From Hyalangium minutum (GTDB lineage Bacteria; Myxococcota; Myxococcia; Myxococcales; Myxococcaceae), in the NCBI RefSeq assembly GCF_000737315.1, contig NZ_JMCB01000002.1, forward strand, positions 268,001 through 516,000: 248,000 nt of DNA, given 5' to 3'. The notes under the pieces are model-generated. The model ran no database searches. It saw nothing but the letters and a program-made list of their open reading frames with translations, and was not told the origin of the DNA. Below, one piece after another: positions 94,467 through 105,089 of the stretch (the stretch's first letter is position 1; each line of letters opens with the position of its first letter). Both the position numbers and the translations under genes were made by a program.

Positions 94467-96401
94467 TTATTGAGACTGGGACAGGCGCCAGCCCTTCGGG
94501 CGGCGCAGGGTGTATTCGAAGGACACCACCGTCTTGCCCGAGGCGGGCACGGTGAGCTCCCACTCCAGCGCGCCCTTCACCTTGTCCTGCTTGGCGTAGG
94601 GCTCGGTGCGCACGAGCTTGATCTCCACGTCCTTGTCCTTCGTGAGCGGCCACTGGTCGTGGATGCGCACCGGAAGGGGGAAGGCGTAGGGGTTGGCCAC
94701 TTCGAGGGTGACGCGGTACAGGGTCTCCTCGTCCTTGCTGATGAAGCCCTTCTCTGACTCGACGAGCGTCACGTTGCGCACGGGCCGCACCGCGCGGTCC
94801 ACGCCCAGCGGCAGGGTGAAGCGCTCGCCGGGCGCCACAAGCTTCAGCGAGGCCGTGCCCGCGGGGTCCGAGCCGACGAAGAGGCTGGCCTCGCCCCCGG
94901 GCAGCACCTGCTTCGAGGGGCTCTGCAGCTCCGCCACGAGGAAGGCATCCCGGGCGAGCGCGGGGAACAGCTTGCGCTCGGTCTTCACGGGCCAGGACTC
95001 GGTGAAGAGCGGGACGAGCCGTCCGCCTCCACCGCTGGGGATGGTCTCCCGGCGCGCGGAGGGAAAGGCCAGGTCATAGCCTCCGGCGAGCGAGGCCGGC
95101 AGGCGCGGATCCACGGCGGGCCGACGCCAGGCCGCGGGAGGCGCGAGCCCCACGCCCAGGGTCGTCGTGGGAACGGAGGGCCGGGAGCTGCTGGTCAGGC
95201 CTCCGAACGAGTGGCTCCCGGTGACAACCACCTCTTCGAGATACTCCTCGGGAGGCATGGACCCGGCCGCCAAGGAAGGAGGTGGGGGTGGCGCAGGCGG
95301 GGGCTTGGCCTCGTAGGTGCTGCCTGGAGCCTGATTCCCAGCGAGCACTGACGCGTCCGCGTTGATGCCCGTGGCAGGGGAGTCCACGTCGAGCCCGTTC
95401 ACGACGTACTCCGTCTGCCCAGCCGGCGTGGCCTGAACCCGGGCGAGCAGCCGCTGGCGGAGCTGATCACTCTCCTTCGCCTCGGCGGGGAGGGGCGGAG
95501 GAAGCGGAGGCGGCGGGCGGGACGGCCGGACGAGCGGAGCGGGTGTGGGGATGAAGCGCTCTTGCTGGCCAATCTTCCAGGTGGCGAGCTTGGGCAGGGC
95601 GGTGGCGGTGGCGGGGATGGCGGTGCTGAGCGTGAGCACCGCGTCCTGCCAGTCCTCGCCGGACTCCTGGCTCACGAATCCGAAGAAGGACACCTGCACC
95701 CGGTTCGTCTCAGGGGCGAGCTGCAGCTCGTAGCGGGGGAACCAGCGCGCGTTGCCGGTGACATAGGTGAGGGTGAGCTTCACCGGGCCACTGCCCGAGA
95801 GCGTGGGCGCCACCTCGAGCCCAGGGCTGCGAGGCGCACCGCCCAGCCGGGAGGCCTCCTGGAGCTGGCGCTCGCGCGTTCTCTCGAGGTCTCGAATCCG
95901 CGCGTCCAGCTCGCGCAGCCGCGCCTGGAGCTTGTCGAGGGTATCGATCCAAAAGGTGCTGGCCGCGTTCCAGCCGGAGGGGTCCAAGCGGGGGGGCGGG
96001 GCCTTGTCTCGGTCTCCCTCGGGGAGGGGCTGAGGGTTCAGGCCCCGGAGAGCGGAGAGCTGGGTGTTGCACGCCTCCCGCTCGGAGCGGGTGCGGGTGA
96101 GCTGGTCATCCAGCCGGTCCAGCGCGTCGAGCACCTTGCGGGCCTCGGTGGCGAGCAGCATCTCGGGGCTGACGGGCTTCAGGTCCACGCGGGAGACTTC
96201 GGCGCCCTCGGCTTCCACGCGGACGGAGGAGGCATCTACCGCGCCGTGGAGGAGGGGCAGCTCCACGCGCTGGGAGCCCGAGAGGGTGAGCTGGGCGGTG
96301 CGGACCACCCGCGCCTGGTCGCTGTAGACGGTGACAGAGGTAATGGGCGCATCGACGGCGGTGGCCAGCGCCCCGAAGCCCAAGAGTCCAAGCAGGAGCA
96401 T
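94467..96401 (-). CDS. DUF4139/DUF4140 (MuiA-like) protein
   Basis: VTVYSDQARVVR, ARW.P.YEL. Confidence 0.85.
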   Translation of the reverse strand: MLLLGLLGFGALATAVDAPITSVTVYSDQARVVRTAQLTLSGSQRVELPLLHGAVDASSVRVEAEGAEVSRVDLKPVSPEMLLATEARKVLDALDRLDDQLTRTRSEREACNTQLSALRGLNPQPLPEGDRDKAPPPRLDPSGWNAASTFWIDTLDKLQARLRELDARIRDLERTRERQLQEASRLGGAPRSPGLEVAPTLSGSGPVKLTLTYVTGNARWFPRYELQLAPETNRVQVSFFGFVSQESGEDWQDAVLTLSTAIPATATALPKLATWKIGQQERFIPTPAPLVRPSRPPPPLPPPLPAEAKESDQLRQRLLARVQATPAGQTEYVVNGLDVDSPATGINADASVLAGNQAPGSTYEAKPPPAPPPPPSLAAGSMPPEEYLEEVVVTGSHSFGGLTSSSRPSVPTTTLGVGLAPPAAWRRPAVDPRLPASLAGGYDLAFPSARRETIPSGGGGRLVPLFTESWPVKTERKLFPALARDAFLVAELQSPSKQVLPGGEASLFVGSDPAGTASLKLVAPGERFTLPLGVDRAVRPVRNVTLVESEKGFISKDEETLYRVTLEVANPYAFPLPVRIHDQWPLTKDKDVEIKLVRTEPYAKQDKVKGALEWELTVPASGKTVVSFEYTLRRPKGWRLSQSQ

Positions 96402-96571
96402 GGGGCCATCGTGACAGCTTCACTCGAAGAGGTCACAAAACGGTTGCGCGCGCTCTTTCCATCGGGAGCCCCCGTTTCCTCCTGGGCGGTCCTCGGGTGG
96501 GGGCCTCGTCCCCAAGGTCCCTTCTCTGAGGGAGAGACCGTCGCGACACGGGGGCTCCCATCTCGCGGTGA

Positions 96572-97096
96572 TTACGAGGGCTCGCCGAGGAAGCGGCGCC
96601 GGAGCGTGCGCGTCACTTCCGTGTCCCAGCGGAGCGAGAGGAGCTCCACGACGGTGCGGCGCCAGCGAAGGGCGCACGCCAGACACGCCAGGGTGGCCAG
96701 CAGGCCAATGAGGGTGTTCTGCCAGGAGGCCAGGTTCCACTGTCCCTTCCAGAACCACTCCTGCAGGGAGTGAGGCCAGAAGTAGTGGATGGGCCAGCCG
96801 GGGCCGCTGCCGGCCAGGTCACACAGCAGGTGCAGGTGGAAAGCGGCGAGGGAGAGCAGCGCCACCCCTCCTCGCTTCCGGGCGAAGGCGGTACAGAGGG
96901 CCATCGTCCCGAGCGCTGCCACGTACCCATGGGTGAGGACGTGGTGGTACTTCCCGTAGAGGTCCTCTCCCGCCAGGAGCGTGAGGCCATCCAGGTCCGG
97001 CGCGAGTCCCGCGAGGGTGACGAGCACCCGGTCACGTCTATCCGGCAGACCTTGGGCGGCCAGCCAGGACAGCTCCGCGTGGACGATGGGATTCAT
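96572..97096 (-). CDS. Metal-dependent membrane hydrolase (YdjM-like)
   Basis: H..LS, APDLD, HH..TH, HLLCD. Confidence 0.8.
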   Translation of the reverse strand: MNPIVHAELSWLAAQGLPDRRDRVLVTLAGLAPDLDGLTLLAGEDLYGKYHHVLTHGYVAALGTMALCTAFARKRGGVALLSLAAFHLHLLCDLAGSGPGWPIHYFWPHSLQEWFWKGQWNLASWQNTLIGLLATLACLACALRWRRTVVELLSLRWDTEVTRTLRRRFLGEPS

Positions 97097-97141
97097 GGGC
97101 GGGGAGCATATCCCGGAAAGGGCTGCTCCCCGCCGGAGCCC

Positions 97142-98137
97142 TTAGCGCTTGGGGGCGCGGGCCTTGGCCAGCGCGGGCTTGCGGCGCATGAGCAGCACCA
97201 GCGCGAGCGCCACGGCCGCAGCCATCACCGGCATGCCACCGCTGGCGGAGGCCCCACAGCCCTGGCCGGCCTGCAAGTCACCCGCGGACCCATTGGGGTC
97301 ACGCGGCAGCGAAACAGGGCTGCCTGGTTGCTGGGAGGGAGTCGGAGAGTTGACGGAGGGCGGCGTCTGCTGCACGGGCGTCGTGGGCAGGCCGACGGGG
97401 GGCGGAGCCGGCGTGGTCTCGGCAACGGGAGCCGGCGGCATCACGTCCTCCAGCGTCGTGCCCATGGCGAAGCCGTCGTGGTAGACGACGCCCACCTGAG
97501 AGATGGAGTTGTCGCGGTACAGGCCGAGCTTCAGGTAGTTGCGGTCGCCGCTGAACTGGGTGGCCGCATACGTCTTCGGGGCCGCGAGCTTGCCATCCTT
97601 GTACAGCTCCACGAAGCCCGTGCTGGGGTTGGACGACCACTTCACGTGCAGGACGAAGTCATTCCACTGGCCGCGCACGAGCGGGCCGCTCCAGATGATC
97701 TTCCCCTCGCTGCCGCCGGCGCGCAGGAACATCTCCTCTCCCACGACGTAGAACTCCAGCGGCGGAGAGCCGCAGCAGCCCTCCTGGTGCCACTGGGCGA
97801 AGAGCTGCCACGTGTTGGCGATGGGGTAGTTCGCGGGGAACAGGGTGCTCCACTTGTAGTAGTACTCGGAGCCCTGAGCCTCCTCGGTGAGGTACAGCAC
97901 CTCGTTCCGGTTGCCGCTCGCGGCGATGGGGTTGTCCCCTTGGCGCACGGTCACCTTCAGGGCCTTGGAGCCCTCGCGCGTGACATCCGAGACGATTTGG
98001 AGCCGGTCATCCGCCACGCTCTGGGCACGAGTCCATTGCGACAGGTCACCTGTCTCGAAGTCGCCCTTCCACAACGTAGAGGCAGAGGCGATGGCCGGCA
98101 GCAACAGGACAGGGGCAAGTTTCAGGAAACGCTTCAC
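97142..98137 (-). CDS. Polysaccharide lyase-like protein with MYXO-CTERM
   Basis: GDFETG, RNEV, YLKLGLYR; GCGAS..TM..RRK tail. Confidence 0.75.
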   Translation of the reverse strand: MKRFLKLAPVLLLPAIASASTLWKGDFETGDLSQWTRAQSVADDRLQIVSDVTREGSKALKVTVRQGDNPIAASGNRNEVLYLTEEAQGSEYYYKWSTLFPANYPIANTWQLFAQWHQEGCCGSPPLEFYVVGEEMFLRAGGSEGKIIWSGPLVRGQWNDFVLHVKWSSNPSTGFVELYKDGKLAAPKTYAATQFSGDRNYLKLGLYRDNSISQVGVVYHDGFAMGTTLEDVMPPAPVAETTPAPPPVGLPTTPVQQTPPSVNSPTPSQQPGSPVSLPRDPNGSAGDLQAGQGCGASASGGMPVMAAAVALALVLLMRRKPALAKARAPKR

Positions 98138-98570
98138 TCAAGCTCCTTTTGTCGTTCCTTGAGCCGTTTCGGACAAATGACGCGGGAAAACCCATCCCCA
98201 GGGCTGAGCTCGCCAAGCCTCAGGGGAGCAGGCCCCGGTGGGGCCGCCTCGGCTCGTGACGTGCAGGCCTGCGCTCCTGTCCCTCGCTGCCCACCGAGGG
98301 AGCGCGAATGCGTCATGATTTCAAGGGCGTGCACCACAGCGCCGCAGTGCGTAAGCAGCGGCTGACAAGCCCCAGCGGCGCCTGTGAGTCCTGCTGCTCG
98401 CTCCGCAGGCAGGCGCGAAGAAAGACGCAGTGCACGGCCGGGTTGAGCCTGGTTCCTCGGACGGTATCCAGCAGGCGGCGAAGGGCTGGGCCGAGGGCTG
98501 GAGGGGCTCCGAAAAGCTCTGCCATGCCTAAGAGCCCATGCCATGCTCGCGATGGATCTGAGCTGGAGGG

Positions 98571-100214
98571 GTGGCCGTGAGCCCTGCGTCCCCGCGCAAC
98601 ATGAGCGACTACGAGGCCGTCCGCCGTTCCTTTCAATGGGAGCGGCCCGAGCACTTCAACTTCGCCCAGGATGTCATCGACAAACACGCGGCCGAGCGGC
98701 CGGGGGCCCTGGCGCTCCTGTGGAGCGACGAGGCCGGGAACGAGCGGCGCTTCACGTTCGCGGAGCTGAAGCAGCACTCGGTGCACGCGGCGCAGTTCCT
98801 CCTGAGCTTGGGGATGCAGCGAGGGGACCGGGCCTTCATCCTCATGCCGAGGGTGCCGGAGTGGTGGTTCCTGGTGCTCGGGTGCATCCGGGCGGGCATC
98901 GTCTTCATGCCGGGGACGCCCATGCTGACGACGAAGGACATCCGGTATCGGATCTTCGCGTCGGATGCGGCGGCGGTCATCACGGACGCGAGCTGCCTGG
99001 ACCGCTTCGAGGGCCTGGTGGGCACGGGGCGGGTGGAGAACTGGATCTGCCTGGGGAAGGCGCCCTCGCCGTGGGTGCGCTACGAGCCGGGAGCGGGGAC
99101 AGGCGTGCACGGGCTGACGTTCGAGCACACGCGGGCGGATGAGCCCATGCTCATCTACTTCACGTCCGGCACCACGGGCATGCCGAAGATGGTGCTGCAC
99201 ACGCAGGCAAGCTACGGCCTGGGGCACCAAATCACGGGGCGGTACTGGCTGGACCTGACGCCGGAGGACCGGCACCTGACGTTGTCGGACACGGGCTGGG
99301 CGAAGTGTGCCTGGGGCAAGCTCTTCGGGCCGTGGAGCCAGGGAGCGTGCAACGTCGTCTACGACTTCCGAGGGCGCTTCGACGCGGCGAAGGTGCTGCA
99401 GGTGCTGGAGCGGCAGAAGGTGACGACGTTCTGCGCGCCGCCGACGGCGTGGCGAGCGCTGGTGCTGCAGGACCTGTCGAAGTTCGACCTGAAGGCCATC
99501 CGGCACGTGGTGAGCGCGGGCGAGCCGTTGAACCCCGAAGTCATCGATACGTGGAAGCAGGCCACGGGGCTGTACATCCGCGAGGGCTACGGGCAGACGG
99601 AGACGGTGATGGTGGTGGGCATGTTCCCGTCGCTCGAGCCGAGGGCGGGCTCCATGGGCAAGCCATCACCGGGCTTCACGGTGGACGTCATCAACGAGCA
99701 GGGGCAGCCAGTGCCGGTGGGGCAGGAGGGAGACATCGCGGTTCGAGTGGCGCCCGAGCGTCCAGTGGGCCTGTTCCACGGCTACCTGAATGACGAGTCC
99801 GCGAACCAGGCTTGCCGCCGAGGGGACTGGTACGTGACGGGGGACCGGGCGGTGAAGGACGCGGACGGCTACTTCTGGTTCGTGGGGCGTGCGGACGACG
99901 TCATCAAGACGTCGGGCTACCGGGTGGGGCCATTCGAGGTGGAGTCCGCTCTGCTGGAGCACGTGGCGGTGGCGGAGTCAGCGGTGATTGGGGTGCCGGA
100001 CGAGCGCATTGGCCAGCGCATCAAGGCGTACGTGGTGCTGGCGCCGGGACACCGGGGCTCGCCAGAGCTGGCCATGGAGCTGCAGGAGCACGTGAAGAAG
100101 ACCACGGCTCCTTATAAGTACCCGCGGGAGATCGAGTTCGTCACCGAGCTGCCGAAGACGGTGAGCGGGAAGATCCGCCGTGCGGAGCTGCGAGGCACGC
100201 TGATGTCCTCGTGA
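98571..100214 (+). CDS. Acyl-CoA synthetase (AMP-binding)
   Basis: YFTSGTTGMPK, YGQTET, GRADDVIK, PKT.SGKI. Confidence 0.92.
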   Translation: MAVSPASPRNMSDYEAVRRSFQWERPEHFNFAQDVIDKHAAERPGALALLWSDEAGNERRFTFAELKQHSVHAAQFLLSLGMQRGDRAFILMPRVPEWWFLVLGCIRAGIVFMPGTPMLTTKDIRYRIFASDAAAVITDASCLDRFEGLVGTGRVENWICLGKAPSPWVRYEPGAGTGVHGLTFEHTRADEPMLIYFTSGTTGMPKMVLHTQASYGLGHQITGRYWLDLTPEDRHLTLSDTGWAKCAWGKLFGPWSQGACNVVYDFRGRFDAAKVLQVLERQKVTTFCAPPTAWRALVLQDLSKFDLKAIRHVVSAGEPLNPEVIDTWKQATGLYIREGYGQTETVMVVGMFPSLEPRAGSMGKPSPGFTVDVINEQGQPVPVGQEGDIAVRVAPERPVGLFHGYLNDESANQACRRGDWYVTGDRAVKDADGYFWFVGRADDVIKTSGYRVGPFEVESALLEHVAVAESAVIGVPDERIGQRIKAYVVLAPGHRGSPELAMELQEHVKKTTAPYKYPREIEFVTELPKTVSGKIRRAELRGTLMSS

Positions 100215-100234
100215 ATGAGGACCGCGACGGTCTC

Positions 100235-101668
100235 TCAGCTCCAGTCGGAGTGGACGAAGCCCGCTTCGGGCTTGTCGCGGCGCTGGTAGGTGTGCGCGCC
100301 GAAGGCGTCACGCTGCGCCTGCGTGAGGTTCTGCGGCAGCTCCGGGCTCCGGTAGCTGTCCAGGTACGCCAGGCTCGACGTGAACACCGGCACTGGGATG
100401 CCCAGCCGCACCGCCGTTCCCACCAGGCGCCGCCATGCCGGAGCCATCTTCGTCAGCACCGGCGCAAACGCGTCCGACACCACCAGGTTCGGCAGCTCCG
100501 GCTGCTGCGTGAAGGCCTCGCGCAGCGGGCTCAGCAGCTTCGCGCGGATGATGCAGCCACCCCGCCAGATGCGCGCCATCTCCGCCAGCGACACATTCCA
100601 GCGGTACTCCTTCGACGCCGCCTGGATGAGCCGCATCCCCTGCGCGTACGTCACCACCCGCGCCGCGTACAGCGCGTCATGCGCCCAGGACACGAGGTTC
100701 GCCTTCTCCTCGTCCGTGAGCGACAGCGGCGGTGCCGGGAGCTTGGCACTGGCCGCCACGCGCTCCTCCTTCATCGCCGACAGGTTGCGCGCATCCAGCG
100801 CCGCCGCGATGGACGGCACCGGAATCCCCAGGTCCAGCGACACCTGCACCGTCCACTTGCCCGTGCCCTTCTGGCCCGCCTTGTCCAGCACCAGATCCAC
100901 CAGCGGCTTGCCCGTCTCCGAGTCCTTCTTCCGCAGCACCTTGATGGTGGTCTCCAGCAGGAAGGACTCGGCGATGCCCTCGTTCCACTTCGCGAAGGTG
101001 TCCGCCAGCGCGTCCGCCGACAGCCCCAGCCCCCGGCGCAGCACGTCGTACGTCTCCGCCAGGAGCTGCATGTCCGCGTACTCGATGCCGTTGTGCACCA
101101 TCTTCACGAAGTGCCCCGCGCCATCCGGGCCCACGTGCGTCACACACAGCCCCGACTCGGCCCGGGCCGCGATCGCCTCCACCACCGGGCGGATGAGCGC
101201 GTATGCCTCGGCCGGGCCCCCCGGCATCAGCGAGGGCCCGTGCCGCGCGCCCTCCTCACCGCCGGACACGCCCATGCCAATGAAGTGCAGGCCCTTCTCC
101301 CGGAACGCCTTCTCGCGGCGCTGCGTGTCGAGGAACCACGAGTTGCCGCCGTCAATCAGCACATCCCCCGGCGACAGCAGCGGCGCCAGCTGCTCCATCA
101401 TCGAGTCCACCGGCGCGCCCGCCGTCACCATCAAGAGGATGCGGCGCGGACGTTCCAGCATTTGCACGAACTCTGCCAGCGAGCCCGTGCCCTTCATCTC
101501 CGGGTGCCCGTGCTTCGCGTGGATCGCGTCGATCTTCTCCGGGTGCCGGTCCCATGCCGCCACCTTGAAGCCGCGGTCCGCCACGTTGAGTGCGATGCTC
101601 GCCCCCATCACTCCCATGCCGGCCACGCCGAACTGGAATGCGCCCTGGGAATTCGCTGCTGAACTCAT
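100235..101668 (-). CDS. gnd: NADP-dependent 6-phosphogluconate dehydrogenase
   Basis: GMGVMG, GVSGGEEGA, HNGIEY, QAQRD.FGAH. Confidence 0.95.
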   Translation of the reverse strand: MSSAANSQGAFQFGVAGMGVMGASIALNVADRGFKVAAWDRHPEKIDAIHAKHGHPEMKGTGSLAEFVQMLERPRRILLMVTAGAPVDSMMEQLAPLLSPGDVLIDGGNSWFLDTQRREKAFREKGLHFIGMGVSGGEEGARHGPSLMPGGPAEAYALIRPVVEAIAARAESGLCVTHVGPDGAGHFVKMVHNGIEYADMQLLAETYDVLRRGLGLSADALADTFAKWNEGIAESFLLETTIKVLRKKDSETGKPLVDLVLDKAGQKGTGKWTVQVSLDLGIPVPSIAAALDARNLSAMKEERVAASAKLPAPPLSLTDEEKANLVSWAHDALYAARVVTYAQGMRLIQAASKEYRWNVSLAEMARIWRGGCIIRAKLLSPLREAFTQQPELPNLVVSDAFAPVLTKMAPAWRRLVGTAVRLGIPVPVFTSSLAYLDSYRSPELPQNLTQAQRDAFGAHTYQRRDKPEAGFVHSDWS

Positions 101669-101714
101669 CGAGTCCTCCTGGAGGATCCGCCCTTGGGGCG
101701 GATCCGAGTCTGCG

Positions 101715-102379
<665 letters not shown>

Positions 102380-102383
<4 letters not shown>

Positions 102384-103924
102384 TTGATCACCGTCCAGCG
102401 CCGGCCGTCCTTCGCGAGCAGCTGTGCCGCCGCGTCCGGCCCCGTGCTCCCCGGTGCGTACTCGTGAATCGGGCCGCCCTGGCCAGACTCCAGCGCCCGG
102501 AGGATGGGAGTGACGTAGGCCCACGCCTGTTCCACGCTGTCCTTGCGCGCGAACAGCGTGGCGTTGCCGCGCATGCAGTCCAGCAGCAGGCGCTCGTAGG
102601 CCTCGGGCACGGGCTTGGCGAAGGACTCCGCGTAGCCGAAGTCCATGGTGACGCCAGCAATGCTCACGTCCTCGCCCGGCACCTTGGACTCGAACGAGAG
102701 GGCGATGCCCTCCTGGGGCTGGATGCGCAGCCGCAGCACGTTGGGCTGCAGCCGCTGGCACGCCTCGCCCGTGCTGAACAGGCTGATGGGCACCGCCTTG
102801 AAGTGGATGGACACCTCCGTGAGCCGCTTCGCCAGCTTCTTGCCCGCGCGCAGGTAGAAGGGCACGCCCTGCCAGCGCCAGTTGTCCACGTTCATCTTCA
102901 TGGCCACGTAGGTGGGCGTGCGCGAGTCCTTCGCCACGCCCTGCTCCTCGCGGTAGCCCTTGTACTGGCCGGCCACCACGTGCGAGGCCACCTCCTCGCC
103001 CTCCACCGAGCGCAGCGCCCGGAACACCTTGTTCTTCTCGTCGCGGATGTCCTCCGCCCCGAACGAGGTGGGCGGCTCCATCGCGCACAGCGCCAGCACC
103101 TGCAGCAGGTGGTTCTGCACCATGTCGCGGATGACGCCCGTCTCGTCATAGAAGTGCCCGCGCCCGCCCTCCATCCCCAGCGCCTCCGTGGCGGTAATCT
103201 CCACGTGGTCGACGTAGTTGCGGTTCCACAGCGGCTCGAAGATGAGGTTGGCGAAGCGGAACACCAGGATGTTCTGCACCGTCTCCTTGCCCAGGTAGTG
103301 GTCGATGCGGAAGATCTGCCGCTCGTCCAGCACGGAGGCCAGGTTGCGGTTCAGCTCCTTCGCCGTCTCCAGGTCGCGGCCGAAGGGCTTCTCGATGACG
103401 AGCCGCCGCCAGGGGCGCTGGCCGGGCTGCTCCTCGCGCGGCAGCAGGCCGGCTCCGGCCAGGCCCTTGAGCAGGGGGGGGAAGGTGGAGGCGGGGGTGG
103501 CCAGGTAGTAGAGCTGGTTGCCCTGGGTGTTGTAGCGCTTGCCCACGGTGTCCAGGCGCTCGCGCAGCCGCTGGAAGGCGGCGGGGTCGTCATAGTTGCC
103601 GGAGATGCACTCCATCCGCGAGGCGAAGCGCTCCCAGGTGGGCTCGTCCAGGGGCTGGGTGCGAGCGAACTTCTGGAGGCCCTCCTTCACCTGGGCGCGG
103701 AAGGCGTTGTCGTCCTGCGCCGAGCGGCTGAAGGCCACCAGGGCGAACTCCTCCGGAAGGAGCCCGGAGCGGGCCAACTCGAAGAGGGCGGGGAAGAGCT
103801 TGCGCTGGGCCAGGTCTCCCGTGGCTCCGAAGAGGACGAGGATACACGGGTCCGGGCGATCCGCGCGGACGATGGGTTCGCCCTCGCGAGGGGTGGTCTG
103901 GATGTGCAGACCCTGGGCATCCAT
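102380..103924 (-). CDS. zwf: Glucose-6-phosphate dehydrogenase
   Basis: GATGDLA, RIDHYLGKE, RDMVQNH, YERLL.D. Confidence 0.95.
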
Positions 103925-104013
103925 GCGGGCTTCCTCCGGGACTGAAGCGGTGGATGGGGGCACACCTTAAGAGGCTTTGCCCCCGGATGCTGGAGAAAGC
104001 GCGCGCAGTGTCC

Positions 104014-104886
104014 TTACCCGAGCAACTGCTTCCAGTTCTGTGCGCGAGCCCAGTCCTCGAAGGAGCGCCAGCCCACCTCGGGGTAGTCCTTGCGGAGGGC
104101 GGCGATGTCAGCGCTGTAACCCTTCGTGTCGAACCACTCGAACATGATGCCCATGTCCTCGTTCTGGGCACGCATCTGCGCCACGGGGACTTCCACGTAC
104201 TTGAACGGCTTGCCGGAGGCGCGCGAGAAGAGCTCCGCCACCTGCTCACCGGACAGCTCGTTGGAGGCCAGGTTGATGCGCTTGCCGAGGAAGTGCTCGC
104301 GCCGGTCGATGACGAGCGCGCCGAAGTTGCCGATCTCCTCCACGCTGATGTGCTGCAGGACGCGCTTGCCGGGCATGGCGAGGGCGACGACGCCCTGCTT
104401 GAGGCCCCCGCCGAACCAGGAGCTCACGAGGTTCTCGGCGAAGAACACAGGGGCGATGATGGTGTAGGGGAGGCCGGACTTGACGAGGTACTCCTCGACG
104501 CGGGCCTTGCTGTCGAAGTGAGGGATGCCCGTCTCTTTGTCGGCGTCGGAGACGGAGGTGTAGACGACGTGCTTGACGCCGGCGGCCTTGGCGGCGTCCA
104601 CGGCGGTGATGCCCTGGCGCGTCTCGGTGTCCATGCCGGCCTCGAAGGGCGTGCTCATGATGAAGACGGCATCCACACCCGTCATGGCGCGCACGAGCGC
104701 ATCGCTGTCATCGAAGCTGCCCACGGCCAGCTCGGCGCCGAGCTGCTTGAGCGCGAGCGCCCCGGCGGAGTCCGGCTTGCGCGTGAGAGCGCGGACCTTG
104801 TGACCCTTCTTGAGGAGTGCGCGAGCGACCGCGCCACCCTGCTGGCCCGTGGCACCGGTGACAAGAACGGAGAGAGGCTTCGACAT
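104014..104886 (-). CDS. NmrA/HSCARG family protein
   Basis: TGATGQQGG, HFDSK. Confidence 0.88.
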   Translation of the reverse strand: MSKPLSVLVTGATGQQGGAVARALLKKGHKVRALTRKPDSAGALALKQLGAELAVGSFDDSDALVRAMTGVDAVFIMSTPFEAGMDTETRQGITAVDAAKAAGVKHVVYTSVSDADKETGIPHFDSKARVEEYLVKSGLPYTIIAPVFFAENLVSSWFGGGLKQGVVALAMPGKRVLQHISVEEIGNFGALVIDRREHFLGKRINLASNELSGEQVAELFSRASGKPFKYVEVPVAQMRAQNEDMGIMFEWFDTKGYSADIAALRKDYPEVGWRSFEDWARAQNWKQLLG

Positions 104887-105089
104887 GGGGTTCCTCCTGG
104901 TTTCGAGTAGACGAAAGCCTCCTAAAGCAACCGGGATGCCATCGCCAAGTCCTTGATTCGCCGTGTGACGGCGGGGCAACAGCTCTCAATTTGAGAGGAC
105001 GAGACCTCAAGGCGAGGAGGGTCTGGCGGATGTGCTGCTGGGGTCGAGCTAAGCAGGTTCTGCTTGGATTGCAGATCCCTGCTCACCTC

